A DNA stretch of 64,000 nt from Haplodiscus bocki. Taxonomy: Eukaryota. Positions 33,820 to 47,877 of this stretch are shown here, one piece after another (the first letter of the stretch is position 1; every line of letters starts with the position of its first letter). The notes under the pieces are model-generated. The model made no database searches. It was not told the origin of the DNA and saw only the letters and a program-made list of their open reading frames with translations. The translations under genes were made by a program, and so were the position numbers. Location: contig OZ296656.1 in the NCBI GenBank assembly GCA_965655095.1, forward strand, positions 39,804,001 through 39,868,000. Direction: 5' to 3'.

Positions 33820-36800
33820 ATGGAAACCGTCCATGCGGAAGTTTGCGCGGAAGGTGCACCGGGGAATAACCCATGGGGGAAGCCCTGCAAAAGAGCGTGC
33901 CGAAAAAGCTTTGCGAATGAAGGCGCGGAAAAGAGGCCCTGCACAAAAGCGCAAGGCAAAATTGCCTGCGATAGCGCGCCAGCAAAATTGATCTGCCGGA
34001 AAACGCACGGCGGAAAGCACTAAGTAAAACGCACGAAGAAGCTCCTGGGAAAGAGGGCACGCAAAAAACTACTCCAAAGAAGCGCACGGAAAAAGCTCCT
34101 GAGGATGAGCCCAGAGATGCCTCCGTTGCAAAAGAAAGCCCGGGGAAACAGCCTCGCAAGAGATAGCACGGAAAAAGCCCCCGCAAAAAACCCCTTGTAA
34201 GTTGTTCATGCGAAAAAGTTCACGGAAGGTAACTCCAAGAAAGAGCCCATGGTAAACGCCTTGCGAAAAAACGTACAAAAAAAAGCCCCAGCGAAAGAGC
34301 CCAGGGATGTCTCACATGCAAAAAGATGCACGGAGGAGGCCCCGGAAAAAATGCACCAAAAAGTTACCCTCCGGATAGTGCACTGAAAACGATCCCGCGA
34401 AAAATTCGATTGAAACGGTCAATGCGAAAGATTGCAAAGGAGGTACCCCTTGGGAAAAAGCCCAAGGGAAGAATCGTGCTAATGAGCGCACACAGAATGG
34501 TTCTGTGGGAAAGTGCACGGGAGCAACCCTAAAAAAACGCACTGAAAAAACCATTGCAAAAGAGTGCACGGAAATGTGCCCTGCAAAGAAACGCACGCAA
34601 AAAGTTCAGGGGGTTGAGCCCATGGATATCTCCACTGCGAAAGACTGCACGGTAAAACACGCCCCAAGAAGAGCAGAAAAAAGTCCCCCCGCAAAAAAAA
34701 CCCACGGTAAAACCACTTACGAAAAAGTGCACGAAAAAAACCCCTACGAAAGAGAGCAGATGAAATGATCCTGCGAAAGAGCGCAGGAAAAAAACCCTTG
34801 CAAAAAAGTCTCGGAAAAAACTCAGCGATAAAGCGCACGGAAAGAGGCACTGCTAATTATCGTTCAGAAATAGCCCCCACGAAAGAGCTTATGGATATCT
34901 CCATTGCAGGAAAGTGCAGGATAAAAGCTCCACATGAGAGAGTGTACCGAAAAAGCCCCCGCGATGGAGCCCATAGAAATCTTCCCAGCAAAAAAGCGCA
35001 CGGAGAAAGCCCGGAAAAAAATGCACTAAAAATTATTCGGCGACAGAGGGCACTGAAAACGACCCTCCGAACAAATATTGGAAACCTTCCATGCAAAAGA
35101 GAGCACAAGAGATGCCCCTGCGAAAAGCCCACGGGAAAATCCCTGCAGAGGAGAGTGCGGAAGAAGCTTTCTGAAAGCGGTCGTGAAAAAAAACCTGCAA
35201 AAAAGCACGCTGCAAAAACTTCTGCAAAGAGAGTGCCGAAAAAGCCACTGCGAAGAAGCGCACAGGAAAAGCTGCTGGGTATGAGCCGATCGATATCTCC
35301 ACTGCAAAAGAGTGCCAGGGAAAACAGCCCCACGAAAGAGAGCACGGTAAAAGCTGCGCGAAAAGGTCCACGGGAAAAGCACATACCAAAAAGAGCACGA
35401 AAAAAGACCCTACCAAACAGTGCAGGTAAAAAGTTCCTGCAGAGAATTGCACAGACGAAACCCTTGCGAAAGAGCGCAAAAAAAGCCCCCCGCGAAAGCT
35501 CCCATTGAAGTCTCCCCTGCAAAAAATTGCACGGAGAAAGACCCGTAAAAAATTGAACCAAAAATCCACCCCCCAGAGAGAACACTGTAAACGACCTCGC
35601 GAAAGAGTCCATGGAAACCGTCCATGCGGAAGTTCGCACGGAAGATGCACCGGGGAATAACCCATGGGGAAAGCCCTGCAAAAGAGCGTGCCGAAAAAGC
35701 TTTGCGAAAGAAGGCGCGGAAAAGAGGCCCTGCACAAAAGCGCAAAGCAAAAACGCCTGCGATAGGGCGCCAGCAAAATTGATCTGCCGGAAAACGCACG
35801 GAGGAAAGCACTAAGTAAAACACACGAAGAAGCTCCTGGGAAAGAGGGCACGCAAAAAACCACTCCAAAGAAGCGCACGGAAAAAGCTCCTGAGGATGAG
35901 TGCAGAGATGCCTCCGTTGCGAAAGAAAGCCCGGGGAAACAGCCTCGAAAGAGATAGCACGGAAAAAGCCCCCGCAAAAAACCCCTTGTAAGTTGTTCAT
36001 GCGAAAAAGTTCACGGAAGATATCTCCAAGAAAGAGCCCATGGTAAACGCCTTGCGAAAAAACGTACCAAAAAAGCCCCAGCGAAAGAGCCCAGGGAAGT
36101 CTCACATGCAAAAAGATGCACGGAGGAGGCCCCGGAAAAAATGCACCAAAAAGTTACCCTCCGGATAGTGCACTGAAAACGATCCCGCGAAAAATTCGAT
36201 TGAAACCGTCAATGCGAAAGATTGCAAAGGAGGTACCCCTTGGGAAAAAGCCCAAGGGAAAAATCGTGCTAAAGAGCGCACACAGAAAGGTTCTGTGGGT
36301 AAGTGCACGGGAGCAACCCTAAAAAAACGCACTGAAAAAACTCTTGCAAAAGAGCGCACGGAAATGTGCCCTGCAAAGAAACGCACGCAAAAAGTTCAGG
36401 GGGATGAGCCCATGGATATCTCCACTGCGAAAGACTGCACGGTAAAACACGCCCCAAGAAGAGCAGACAAAATCCCCCCCGCAAAAAAAACCCACGTTAA
36501 AACCACTTACGAAAAAGAGCACGAATAAAACCCCTACGAAAGAGAGCAGATGAAATGATCCTGCGAAAGAGCGCAGGAAAAAAAACCCTTGCAAAAAAGT
36601 CTCGGAAAAAACTCAGCGATAAAGTGCACGGAAAGAGGCACTGCTAATTATCGTTCAGAAATAGCCCCCACGAAGGAGCTTATGGATATCTCCATTGCAG
36701 AAAAGTGCAGGATAAAAGCTCCACATGAGAGATTGTACCGAAAAAGCCCCCGCGATGGAGCCCATAGAAATCTTCCCAGCAAAAAAGCGCACGGAGAAAG

Positions 36801-39196
36801 CCCGGAAAAAATTGCACTAAAAATTATTCGGCGACAGAGGGCACTGAAAACGACCCTCCGAACAAATATTGGAAACCGTCCATGCAAAAGAGAGCACAAG
36901 AGATGCCCCTGCGAAAAGCCCACGGGAAAATCCCTGCAGAGGAGAGTGCGGAAGAAGCTTTCTGAAAGCGGTCGTGAAAAAGAACCTGCAAAAAAGCACG
37001 CTGCAAAAACTTCTGCGAAAGAGCGTGCCGAAAAGGCCACTGCGAAGAAGCGCACAGGAAAAGCTGCTGGGTATGAGCCGATCGATATCTCCACTGCAAA
37101 AGAGTGCCAGGGAAAACAGCTCCACGAAAGAGAGCACGGTAAAAGCTGCGCGAAAAGGTCCACGGGAAAAGCACATACCAAAAAGAGCACGAAAAAAGAC
37201 CCTACCAAACAGTGCAGGTAAAAAGTTCCTGCAGAGAATTGCACAGACGAAACCCTTGCGAAAGAGCGCAAAAAAAGCCCCCCGCAAAAGCTCACATTGA
37301 AGTCTCCCCTGCAGAAAATTGCACGGAGAAAGACCCGTAAAAAATTGAACCAAAAATCCACCTCCCAGAGAGAACACTGTAAACGACCTCGCGAAAGAGT
37401 CCATGGAAACCGTCCATGCGGAAGTTCGCACGGAAGATGCACCGGGGAATAGCCCATGGGGAAAGCCCTGCAAAAGAGCGTGCCGAAAAAGCTTTGCGAA
37501 AGAAGGCGCGGAAAAGAGGCCCTGCACAAAAGCGCAAAGCAAAAACGCCTGCGATAGGGCGCCAGCAAAATTGATCTGCCGGAAAACGCACGGAGGAAAG
37601 CACTAAGTAAAACACACGAAGAAGCTCCTGGGAAAGAGGGCACGCAAAAAACCACTCCAAAGAAGCGCACGGAAAAAGCTCCTGAGGATGAGTGCAGAGA
37701 TGCCTCCGTTGCGAAAGAAAGCCCGGGGAAACAGCCTCGCAAGAGATTGCACGGAAAAAGCCCCCGCAAAAAACCCCTTGTAAGTTGTTCATGCGAAAAA
37801 GTTCACGGAAGATATCTCCAAGAAAGAGCCCATGGTAAACGCCTTGCGAAAAAACGTACCAAAAAAGCCCCAGCGAAAGAGCCCAGAGAAGTCTCACATG
37901 CAACAATATGCACGGAGGAGGCCCCGGAAAAAATGCACCAGAAAGTTACCCTCCCGATCGTGCACTGAAAAGGATCCTGCGAAAAATTCGATTGAAACCG
38001 TCCACGTGAAAGATTGCAAAGGAGGTACCCCTTGGGAAAAAGCCCAAGGGAAAAATCGTGCTAAAGAGCGCACACAGAAAGGTTCTGTGGGTAAGTGCAC
38101 GGGAGCAACCCTAAAAAAACGCACTGAAAAAACTCTTGCAAAAGAGCGCACGGAAATGTGCCCTGCAAAGAAACGCACGCAAAAAGTTCAGGGGGATGAG
38201 CCCATGGATATGTCCACTGCGAAAGACTGCACGGTAAAACACGCCCCAAGAAGAGCAGACAAAATCCCCCCCGCAAAAAAAACCCACGTTAAAACCACTT
38301 ACGAAAAAGAGCACGAAAAAAACCCCTACGAAAGAGAGCAGATGAAATGATCCTGCGAAAGAGCGCAGGAAAAAAAACTTTTGCAAAAAAGTCTCGGAAA
38401 AGACTCAGCGATAAAGCGCACGGAAAGAGGCACTGCTAATTATCGTTCGCAAATAGCCCCCACGAAGGAGCTTATGGATATCTCAGTTGCAGAAAAGTGG
38501 AGGATAAAAGCTCCACATGAGAGAGTGTACCGAAAAAGCCCCCGCGATGGAGCCCATAGAAATCTTTCCAGCAAAAAAGCGCACTGAGAAAGCCCGGAAA
38601 AAATTACACTAAAAAATATTCGGCGACAGAGGGCACTGAAAACGACCCTCCGAACAATTATTGGAAACCGTCCATGCAAAAGAGAGCACAAGAGATGCCC
38701 CTGCGAAAAACCCACGGGAAAATCCCTGCAGAGGAGAGTGCGGAAGAAGCTTCCTGAAAGCGGTCGTGAAAAAAACCCCTGCAAAAAAGCGCGCTGCAAA
38801 AACTTCTGCGAAAGAGCGTGCCGAAAAAGCCACTGCGAAGAAGCGCACAGGAAAAGCTCCTGGGTATGAGCCGATCGATATCTCCACTGCGAAAGAGTGC
38901 CAGGGAAAATAGCCCCACGAAAGATAGCACGGTAAAAGCTGCGCGAAAAGGTCCACGGGAAAAGCACATACCAAAAAGAGCACATAAAAAGACCCTACCA
39001 AACAGTGCAGGTAAAAAGTTCCTGCAGAGAATTGCACAGACGAAACCCTTGCGAAAGAGCGCACAAAAAAAGCCCCCCGCAAAAGCTCCCATTGAAGTCT
39101 CCCCTGCAAAAAATTGCACGGAGAAAGACCCGGAAAAAATGAACCAAAAATCCACCGCCCAGAGAGAACACTGTAAACGACCTCGCGAAAGAGTCC

Positions 39197-40762
39197 ATGG
39201 AAATCGTCCATGCAGAATTTTGCACGGAAGATGCACCGGAGAAGAACCCATGGGGAAAGCCCTGCAAAAGAGCGTGCCGAAAAAGCTTTGCGAAAGAAGG
39301 CGCGGAAAAGAGGCCTTGCACAAAAGCGCAAGGCAAAAACGCCTGCGATAAGGCGCCAGCAAAATTGATCTGCCGGAAAGCTCACGGAGGAAAGCACTGA
39401 ATAACACGCACGAAGAAGCTCCTGGGAAAAAGGGCACGCAAAAAACCACTCCAAAGATGCGCACGGATAAAGCTACTGAGGATGAGCCCATGGATACCTC
39501 CGTTGCGAAAAAAAGCCCGGGGAAAAAGCCCCCGCAAAAAACCCCTTGTAGGTTGTTCATGCGAAAAATTTCACGGAAGCTTGCAAAGGAGGTATCCCTT
39601 GGGAAAAAGCCCAAGGGAAAAATCGTGCTAAAGATCGCACACAGAATGGTTCTGTGGAAAAGTGCACGGGGGCAACCCTTAAAAAACACACTGAAAAAAC
39701 CATTGCAAAAGAGCGCACGGAAATGTGCCCTGCAAAGAAACGCACGCAAAAAGTTCAGGGGGATGAGCCCATGGATATCTCCGCTGCGAAAGACTGCACG
39801 GTGAAACACGCCCCAGGAAGAGCAGAAAAAAGTCCCCCCGCAAAAAAAAACCCACGGTAAAACGACTTACAAAAAGTGCACGAAAAAAACCCTTACAAAA
39901 TAGAGCAGATAAAATGTTCCTGCGAAAGAGCGCAGGAAAAAGAACCCTGGCAAAAAAGTCTCGGAAAAAACTCAGCGATAAAGCGCACGGAAAGAGGCAC
40001 TGCTAATTTTTGTTCAGAAATAGCCCCCACGAAGGAGCTTATGGATATCTCCATTGCAGAAAAGTGCAGGATAAAAGCTCCACATGAGAGAGTGTACCGA
40101 AAAAACCCCCGCGATGGAGCCCATAGAAATCTTCCCAGCAAAAAAGCGCACGGAGAAAACCCGGAAAAACTTGCACTAAAAAATATTCGGCGACAGAGGG
40201 CACTGAAAACGACCCTCCGAACAAAAATTGGAAACCGTCCATGCAAAAGGGAGCACAAGAGATGCCCCTGCGAAAACCCCACGGGAAAATCCCTGCAGAG
40301 GAGAGTGCGGAAGAAGCTTTCTGAAAGCGGTCGTGAAAAAAACCCCTGCAAAAAAGCGCGCTGCAAAAACTTCTGCGAAAGAGCGTGCCGAAAAAGCCAC
40401 TGCGAAGAAGCGCACAGGAAAAGCTGCTGGGTATGAGCCGATCGATATCTCCACTGCAAAAGAGTGCCAGGGAAAACAGCCCCACGAAAGAGAGCACGGT
40501 AAAAGCTGCGCGAAAAGGTCCACGGGAAAAGCACATACCAAAAAGAGCACGAAAAAAGACCCTACCAAACAGTGCAGGTAAAAAGTTCCTGCAGAGAATT
40601 GCACAGACGAAACCCTTGCGAAAGAGCGCAAAAAAAGCCCCCCGCAAATGCTCGCATTGAAGTCTCCCCTGCAAAAAATTGCACGGAGGAAGACCCGTAA
40701 AAAATTGAACCAAAAATCCACCCCCCAGATAGAACACTGTAAACGACCTCGCGAAAGAGTCC
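39197..40762 (+). repeat. 1566-bp unit variant (26-bp + 201-bp deletions)
   Basis: Junctions GCCCGGGGAAA|AAGCCCCCGC (~39520) and TTCACGGAAGC|TTGCAAAGGAGGTATCC (~39580). Confidence 0.88.
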
Positions 40763-43700
40763 ATGGAAACCGTCCATGCGGAAGTTCGCACGGAAGATGC
40801 ACCGGGGAATAACCCATGGGGAAAGCCCTGCAAAAGAGCGTGCCGAAAAAGCTTTGCGAAAGAAGGCGCGGAAAAGAGGCCCTGCACAAAAGCGCAAGGC
40901 AAAAACGCCTGCGATAGGGCGCCAGCAAAATTGATCTGCCGGAAAACGCACGGAGGAAAGCACTAAGTAAAACACACGAAGAAGCTCCTGGGAAAGAGGG
41001 CACGCAAAAAACCACTCCAAAGAAGCGCACGGAAAAAGCTCCTGAGGATGAGTGCAGAGATGCCTCCGTTGCGAAAGAAAGCCCGGGGAAACAGCCTCGA
41101 AAGAGATAGCACGGAAAAAGCCCCCGCAAAAAACCCCTTGTAAGTTGTTCATGCGAAAAAGTTCACGGAAGATATCTCCAAGAAAGAGCCCATGGTAAAC
41201 GCCTTGCGAAAAAACGTACCAAAAAAGCCCCAGCGAAAGAGCCCAGGGAAGTCTCACATGCAAAAAGATGCACGGAGGAGGCCCCGGAAAAAATGCACCA
41301 AAAAGTTACCCTCCGGATAGTGCACTGAAAACGATCCCGCGAAAAATTCGATTGAAACGGTCAATGCGAAAGATTGCAAAGGAGGTACCCCTTGGGAAAA
41401 AGCCCAAGGGAAAAATCGTGCTAAAGAGCGCACACAGAAAGGTTCTGTGGGTAAGTGCACGGGAGCAACCCTAAAAAAACGCACTGAAAAAACTCTTGCA
41501 AAAGAGCGCACGGAAATGTGCCCTGCAAAGAAACGCACGCAAAAAGTTCAGGGGGATGAGCCCATGGATATCTCCACTGCGAAAGACTGCACGGTAAAAC
41601 ACGCCCCAAGAAGAGCAGAAAAAGCCCCCCCGCAAAAAACCCACGGTAAAACCACTTACGAAAAAGGGCACGAAAAAAACCCCTACGAAAGAGAGCAGAT
41701 GAAATGATCCTGCGAAAGAGCGCAGGAAAAAAACCCTTGCAAAAAAGTCTCGGAAAAAACTCAGCGATAAAGCGCACGGAAAGAGGCACTGCTAATTATC
41801 GTTCGGAAATAGCCCCCACGACGGAGCTTATGGATATCTCAGTTGCAGAAAAGTGGAGGATAAAAGCTCCACATGAGAGAGTGTACCGAAAAAGCCCCCG
41901 CGATGGAGCCCATAGAAATCTTCCCAGCAAAAAAGCGCATGGAGAAAGCCCGGAAAAAATTGCACTAAAAAATATTCGGCGACAGAGGGCACTGAAAACG
42001 ACCCTCCGAACAATTATTGGAAACCGTCCATGCAAAAGAGAGCACAAGAGATGCCCCTGCGAAAAACCCACGGGAAAATCCCTGCAGAGGATAGTGCGGA
42101 AGAAGCTTTCTGAAAGCGGTCGTGAAAAAAACCCCTGCAAAAAAGCGCTCTGCAAAAACTTCTGCGAAAGAGCGTGCCGAAAAAGCCACTGCGAGGAAGC
42201 GCACAGGAAAAGCTCCTGGGTATGAGCCGATCGATATCTCCACTGCGAAAGAGTGCCAGGGAAAATAGCCCCACGAAAGATAGCACGGTAAAAGCTGCGC
42301 GAAAAGGTCCACGGGAAAAGCACATACCAAAAAGAGCACGAAAAAAGACCCTACCAAACAGTGCAGGTAAAAAGTTCCTGCAAAGAATTGCACAGACGAA
42401 ACCCTTGCGAAAGAGCGCACAAAAAAAGCCCCCCGCAAATGCTCCCATTGAAGTCTTTCCTGCAAAAAATTGCACGGAGAAAGACCCGGAAAAAATTGAA
42501 CCAAAAATCCACCCCGCAGAGAGAACACTGTAAACGACCTCGCGAAAGAGTCCATGGAAACCGTCCATGCGGAAGTTTGCGCGGAAGGTGCACCGGGGAA
42601 TAACCCATGGGGAAAGCCCTGCAAAAGAGTGTGCCGAAAAAGCTTTGCGAAAGAAGGCGCGGAGAAGAGGCCTTGCACAAAAGCGCAAGGCAAAAACGCC
42701 TGCGATAAGGCGCCAGCAAAATTGATCTGCCGGAAAGCTCACGGAGGAAAGCACTAAGTAAAACACACGAAGAAGCTCCTGGGAAAGAGGGCACGCAAAA
42801 AACCACTCCAAAGAAGCGCACGGAAAAAGCTCCTGAGGATGAGTGCAGAGATGCCTCCGTTGCGAAAGAAAGCCCGGGGAAACAGCCTCGAAAGAGATAG
42901 CACGGAAAAAGCCCCCGCAAAAAACCCCTTGTAAGTTGTTCATGCGAAAAAGTTCACGGAAGATATCTCCAAGAAAGAGCCCATGGTAAACGCCTTGCGA
43001 AAAAACGTACCAAAAAAGCCCCAGCGAAAGAGCCCAGGGAAGTCTCACATGCAAAAAGATGCACGGAGGAGGCCCCGGAAAAAATGCACCAAAAAGTTAC
43101 CCTCCGGATAGTGCACTGAAAACGATCCCGCGAAAAATTCGATTGAAACGGTCAATGCGAAAGATTGCAAAGGAGGTACCCCTTGGGAAAAAGCCCAAGG
43201 GAAAAATCGTGCTAAAGAGCGCACACAGAAAGGTTCTGTGGGTAAGTGCACGGGAGCAACCCTAAAAAAACGCACTGAAAAAACTCTTGCAAAAGAGCGC
43301 ACGGAAATGTGCCCTGCAAAGAAACGCACGCAAAAAGTTCAGGGGGATGAGCCCATGGATATCTCCACTGCGAAAGACTGCACGGTAAAACACGCCCCAA
43401 GAAGAGCAGAAAAAGCCCCCCCGCAAAAAAACCCACGGTAAAACCACTTACGAAAAAGAGCACGAAAAAAACCCCTACGAAAGAGAGCAGATGAAATGAT
43501 CCTGCGAAAGAGCGCAGGAAAAAAACCCTTGCAAAAAAGTCTCGGAAAAAACTCAGCGATAAAGCGCACGGAAAGAGGCACTGCTAATTATCGTTCGGAA
43601 ATAGCCCCCACGACGGAGCTTATGGATATCTCAGTTGCAGAAAAGTGGAGGATAAAAGTTCCACATGAGAGAGTGTACCGAAAAAGCCCCCGCGATGGTG

Positions 43701-44345
43701 CCCATAGAAATCTTCCCAGCAAAAAAGCGCATGGAGAAAGCCCGGAAAAAATTGCACTAAAAAATATTCGGCGACAGAGGGCACTGAAAACGACCCTCCG
43801 AACAATTATTGGAAACCGTCCATGCAAAAGAGAGCACAAGAGATGCCCCTGCGAAAAACCCACGGGAAAATCCCTGCAGAGGATAGTGCGGAAGAAGCTT
43901 TCTGAAAGCGGTCGTGAAAAAAACCCCTGCAAAAAAGCGCTCTGCAAAAACTTCTGCGAAAGAGCGTGCCGAAAAAGCCACTGCGAAGAAGCGCACAGGA
44001 AAAGCTCCTGGGTATGAGCCGATCGATATCTCCACTGCGAAAGAGTGCCAGGGAAAATAGCCCCACGAAAGATAGCACGGTAAAAGCTGCGCGAAAAGGT
44101 CCACGGGAAAAGCACATACCAAAAAGATCACGAAAAAAGACCCTACCAAACAGTGCAGGTAAAAAGTTCCTGCAAAGAATTGCACAGACGAAACCCTTGC
44201 GAAAGAGCGCACAAAAAAAGCCCCCCGCAAATGCTCCCATTGAAGTCTTTCCTGCAAAAAATTGCACGGAGAAAGACCAGGAAAAAATTGAACCAAAAAT
44301 CCACCCCGCAGAGAGAACACTGTAAACGACCTCGCGAAAGAGTCC

Positions 44346-47300
44346 ATGGAAACCGTCCATGCGGAAGTTTGCGCGGAAGGTGCACCGGGGAATAACCCAT
44401 GGGGAAAGCCCTGCAAAAGAGCGTGCCGAAAAAGCTTTGCGAAAGAAGGCGCGGAGAAGAGGCCTTGCACAAAAGCGCAAGGCAAAAACGCCTGCGATAA
44501 GGCGCCAGCAAAATTGATCTGCCGGAAAGCTCACGGAGGAAAGCACTGAATAACACGCACGAAGAAGCTCCTGGGAAAAAGGGCACGCAAAAAACCACTC
44601 CAAAGATGCGCACGGATAAAGCTACTGAGGATGAGCCCATGGATACCTCCGTTGCGAAAAAAAGCCCGGGGAAAAAGCCCCCGCAAAAAACCCCTTGTAA
44701 GTTGTTCATGCGAAAAAGTTCACGGAAGATATCTCCAAGAAAGAGCCCATGGTAAACGCCTTGCGAAAAAACGTACCAAAAAAGCCCCAGCGAAAGAGCC
44801 CAGGGAAGTCTCACATGCAAAAAGATGCACGGAGGAGGCCCCGGAAAAAATGCACCAAAAAGTTACCCTCCGGATAGTGCACTGAAAACGATCCCGCGAA
44901 AAATTCGATTGAAACGGTCAATGCGAAAGATTGCAAAGGAGGTACCCCTTGGGAAAAAGCCCAAGGGAAAAATCGTGCTAAAGAGCGCACACAGAAAGGT
45001 TCTGTGGGTAAGTGCACGGGAGCAACCCTAAAAAAACGCACTGAAAAAACTCTTGCAAAAGAGCGCACGGAAATGTGCCCTGCAAAGAAACGCACGCAAA
45101 AAGTTCAGGGGGATGAGCCCATGGATATCTCCACTGCGAAAGACTGCACGGTAAAACACGCCCCAAGAAGAGCAGAAAAAGCCCCCCCGCAAAAAAACCC
45201 ACGGTAAAACCACTTACGAAAAAGAGCACGAAAAAAACCCCTACGAAAGAGAGCAGATGAAATGATCCTGCGAAAGAGCGCAGGAAAAAAACCCTTGCAA
45301 AAAAGTCTCGGAAAAAACTCAGCGATAAAGCGCACGGAAAGAGGCACTGCTAATTATCGTTCGGAAATAGCCCCCACGACGGAGCTTATGGATATCTCAG
45401 TTGCAGAAAAGTGGAGGATAAAAGTTCCACATGAGAGAGTGTACCGAAAAAGCCCCCGCGATGGTGCCCATAGAAATCTTCCCAGCAAAAAAGCGCATGG
45501 AGAAAGCCCGGAAAAAATTGCACTAAAAAATATTCGGCGACAGAGGGCACTGAAAACGACCCTCCGAACAATTATTGGAAACCGTCCATGCAAAAGAGAG
45601 CACAAGAGATGCCCCTGCGAAAAACCCACGGGAAAATCCCTGCAGAGGATAGTGCGGAAGAAGCTTTCTGAAAGCGGTCGTGAAAAAAACCCCTGCAAAA
45701 AAGCGCTCTGCAAAAACTTCTGCGAAAGAGCGTGCCGAAAAAGCCACTGCGAAGAAGCGCACAGGAAAAGCTCCTGGGTATGAGCCGATCGATATCTCCA
45801 CTGCGAAAGAGTGCCAGGGAAAATAGCCCCACGAAAGATAGCACGGTAAAAGCTGCGCGAAAAGGTCCACGGGAAAAGCACATACCAAAAAGAGCACGAA
45901 AAAAGACCCTACCAAACAGTGCAGGTAAAAAGTTCCTGCAAAGAATTGCACAGACGAAACCCTTGCGAAAGAGCGCACAAAAAAAGCCCCCCGCAAATGC
46001 TCCCATTGAAGTCTTTCCTGCAAAAGATTGCACGGAGAAAGACCCGGAAAAAATTGAACCAAAAATCCACCCCGCAGAGAGAACACTGTAAACGACCTCG
46101 CGAAAGAGTCCATGGAAACCGTCCATGCGGAAGTTTGCGCGGAAGGTGCACCGGGGAATAACCCATGGGGAAAGCCCTGCAAAAGAGCGTGCCGAAAAAG
46201 CTTTGCGAAAGAAGGCGCGGAGAAGAGGCCTTGCACAAAAGCGCAAGGCAAAAACGCCTGCGATAAGGCGCCAGCAAAATTGATCTGCCGGAAAGCTCAC
46301 GGAGGAAAGCACTGAATAACACGCACGAAGAAGCTCCTGGGAAAAAGGGCACGCAAAAAACCACTCCAAAGATGCGCACGGATAAAGCTACTGAGGATGA
46401 GCCCATGGATACCTCCGTTGCGAAAAAAAGCCCGGGGAAAAAGCCCCCGCAAAAAACCCCTTGTAAGTTGTTCATGCGAAAAAGTTCACGGAAGATATCT
46501 CCAAGAAAGAGCCCATGGTAAACGCCTTGCGAAAAAACGTACCAAAAAAGCCCCAGCGAAAGAGCCCAGGGAAGTCTCACATGCAAAAAGATGCACGGAG
46601 GAGGCCCCGGAAAAAATGCACCAAAAAGTTACCCTCCGGATAGTGCACTGAAAACGATCCCGCGAAAAATTCGATTGAAACGGTCAATGCGAAAGATTGC
46701 AAAGGAGGTACCCCTTGGGAAAAAGCCCAAGGGAAAAATCGTGCTAAAGAGCGCACACAGAAAGGTTCTGTGGGTAAGTGCACGGGAGCAACCCTAAAAA
46801 AACGCACTGAAAAAACTCTTGCAAAAGAGCGCACGGAAATGTGCCCTGCAAAGAAACGCACGCAAAAAGTTCAGGGGGATGAGCCCATGGATATCTCCAC
46901 TGCGAAAGACTGCACGGTAAAACACGCCCCAAGAAGAGCAGAAAAAGCCCCCCCGCAAAAAAACCCACGGTAAAACCACTTACGAAAAAGAGCACGAAAA
47001 AAACCCCTACGAAAGAGAGCAGATGAAATGATCCTGCGAAAGAGCGCAGGAAAAAAACCCTTGCAAAAAAGTCTCGGAAAAAACTCAGCGATAAAGCGCA
47101 CGGAAAGAGGCACTGCTAATTATCGTTCGGAAATAGCCCCCACGACGGAGCTTATGGATATCTCAGTTGCAGAAAAGTGGAGGATAAAAGTTCCACATGA
47201 GAGAGTGTACCGAAAAAGCCCCCGCGATGGTGCCCATAGAAATCTTCCCAGCAAAAAAGCGCATGGAGAAAGCCCGGAAAAAATTGCACTAAAAAATATT

Positions 47301-47877
47301 CGGCGACAGAGGGCACTGAAAACGACCCTCCGAACAATTATTGGAAACCGTCCATGCAAAAGAGAGCACAAGAGATGCCCCTGCGAAAAACCCACGGGAA
47401 AATCCCTGCAGAGGATAGTGCGGAAGAAGCTTTCTGAAAGCGGTCGTGAAAAAAACCCCTGCAAAAAAGCGCTCTGCAAAAACTTCTGCGAAAGAGCGTG
47501 CCGAAAAAGCCACTGCGAAGAAGCGCACAGGAAAAGCTCCTGGGTATGAGCCGATCGATATCTCCACTGCGAAAGAGTGCCAGGGAAAATAGCCCCACGA
47601 AAGATAGCACGGTAAAAGCTGCGCGAAAAGGTCCACGGGAAAAGCACATACCAAAAAGAGCACGAAAAAAGACCCTACCAAACAGTGCAGGTAAAAAGTT
47701 CCTGCAAAGAATTGCACAGACGAAACCCTTGCGAAAGAGCGCACAAAAAAAGCCCCCCGCAAATGCTCCCATTGAAGTCTTTCCTGCAAAAAATTGCACG
47801 GAGAAAGACCCGGAAAAAATTGAACCAAAAATCCAGCCCGCAGAGAGAACACTGTAAACGACCTCGCGAAAGAGTCC
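44346..47877 (+). repeat. Two tandem 1766-bp units (single-monomer 26-bp deletion)
   Basis: Both spacings are 1766. GGAAACAGCCTCG(C/A)AAGAGATAGCAC is missing at ~44668 and ~46434. Confidence 0.9.
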
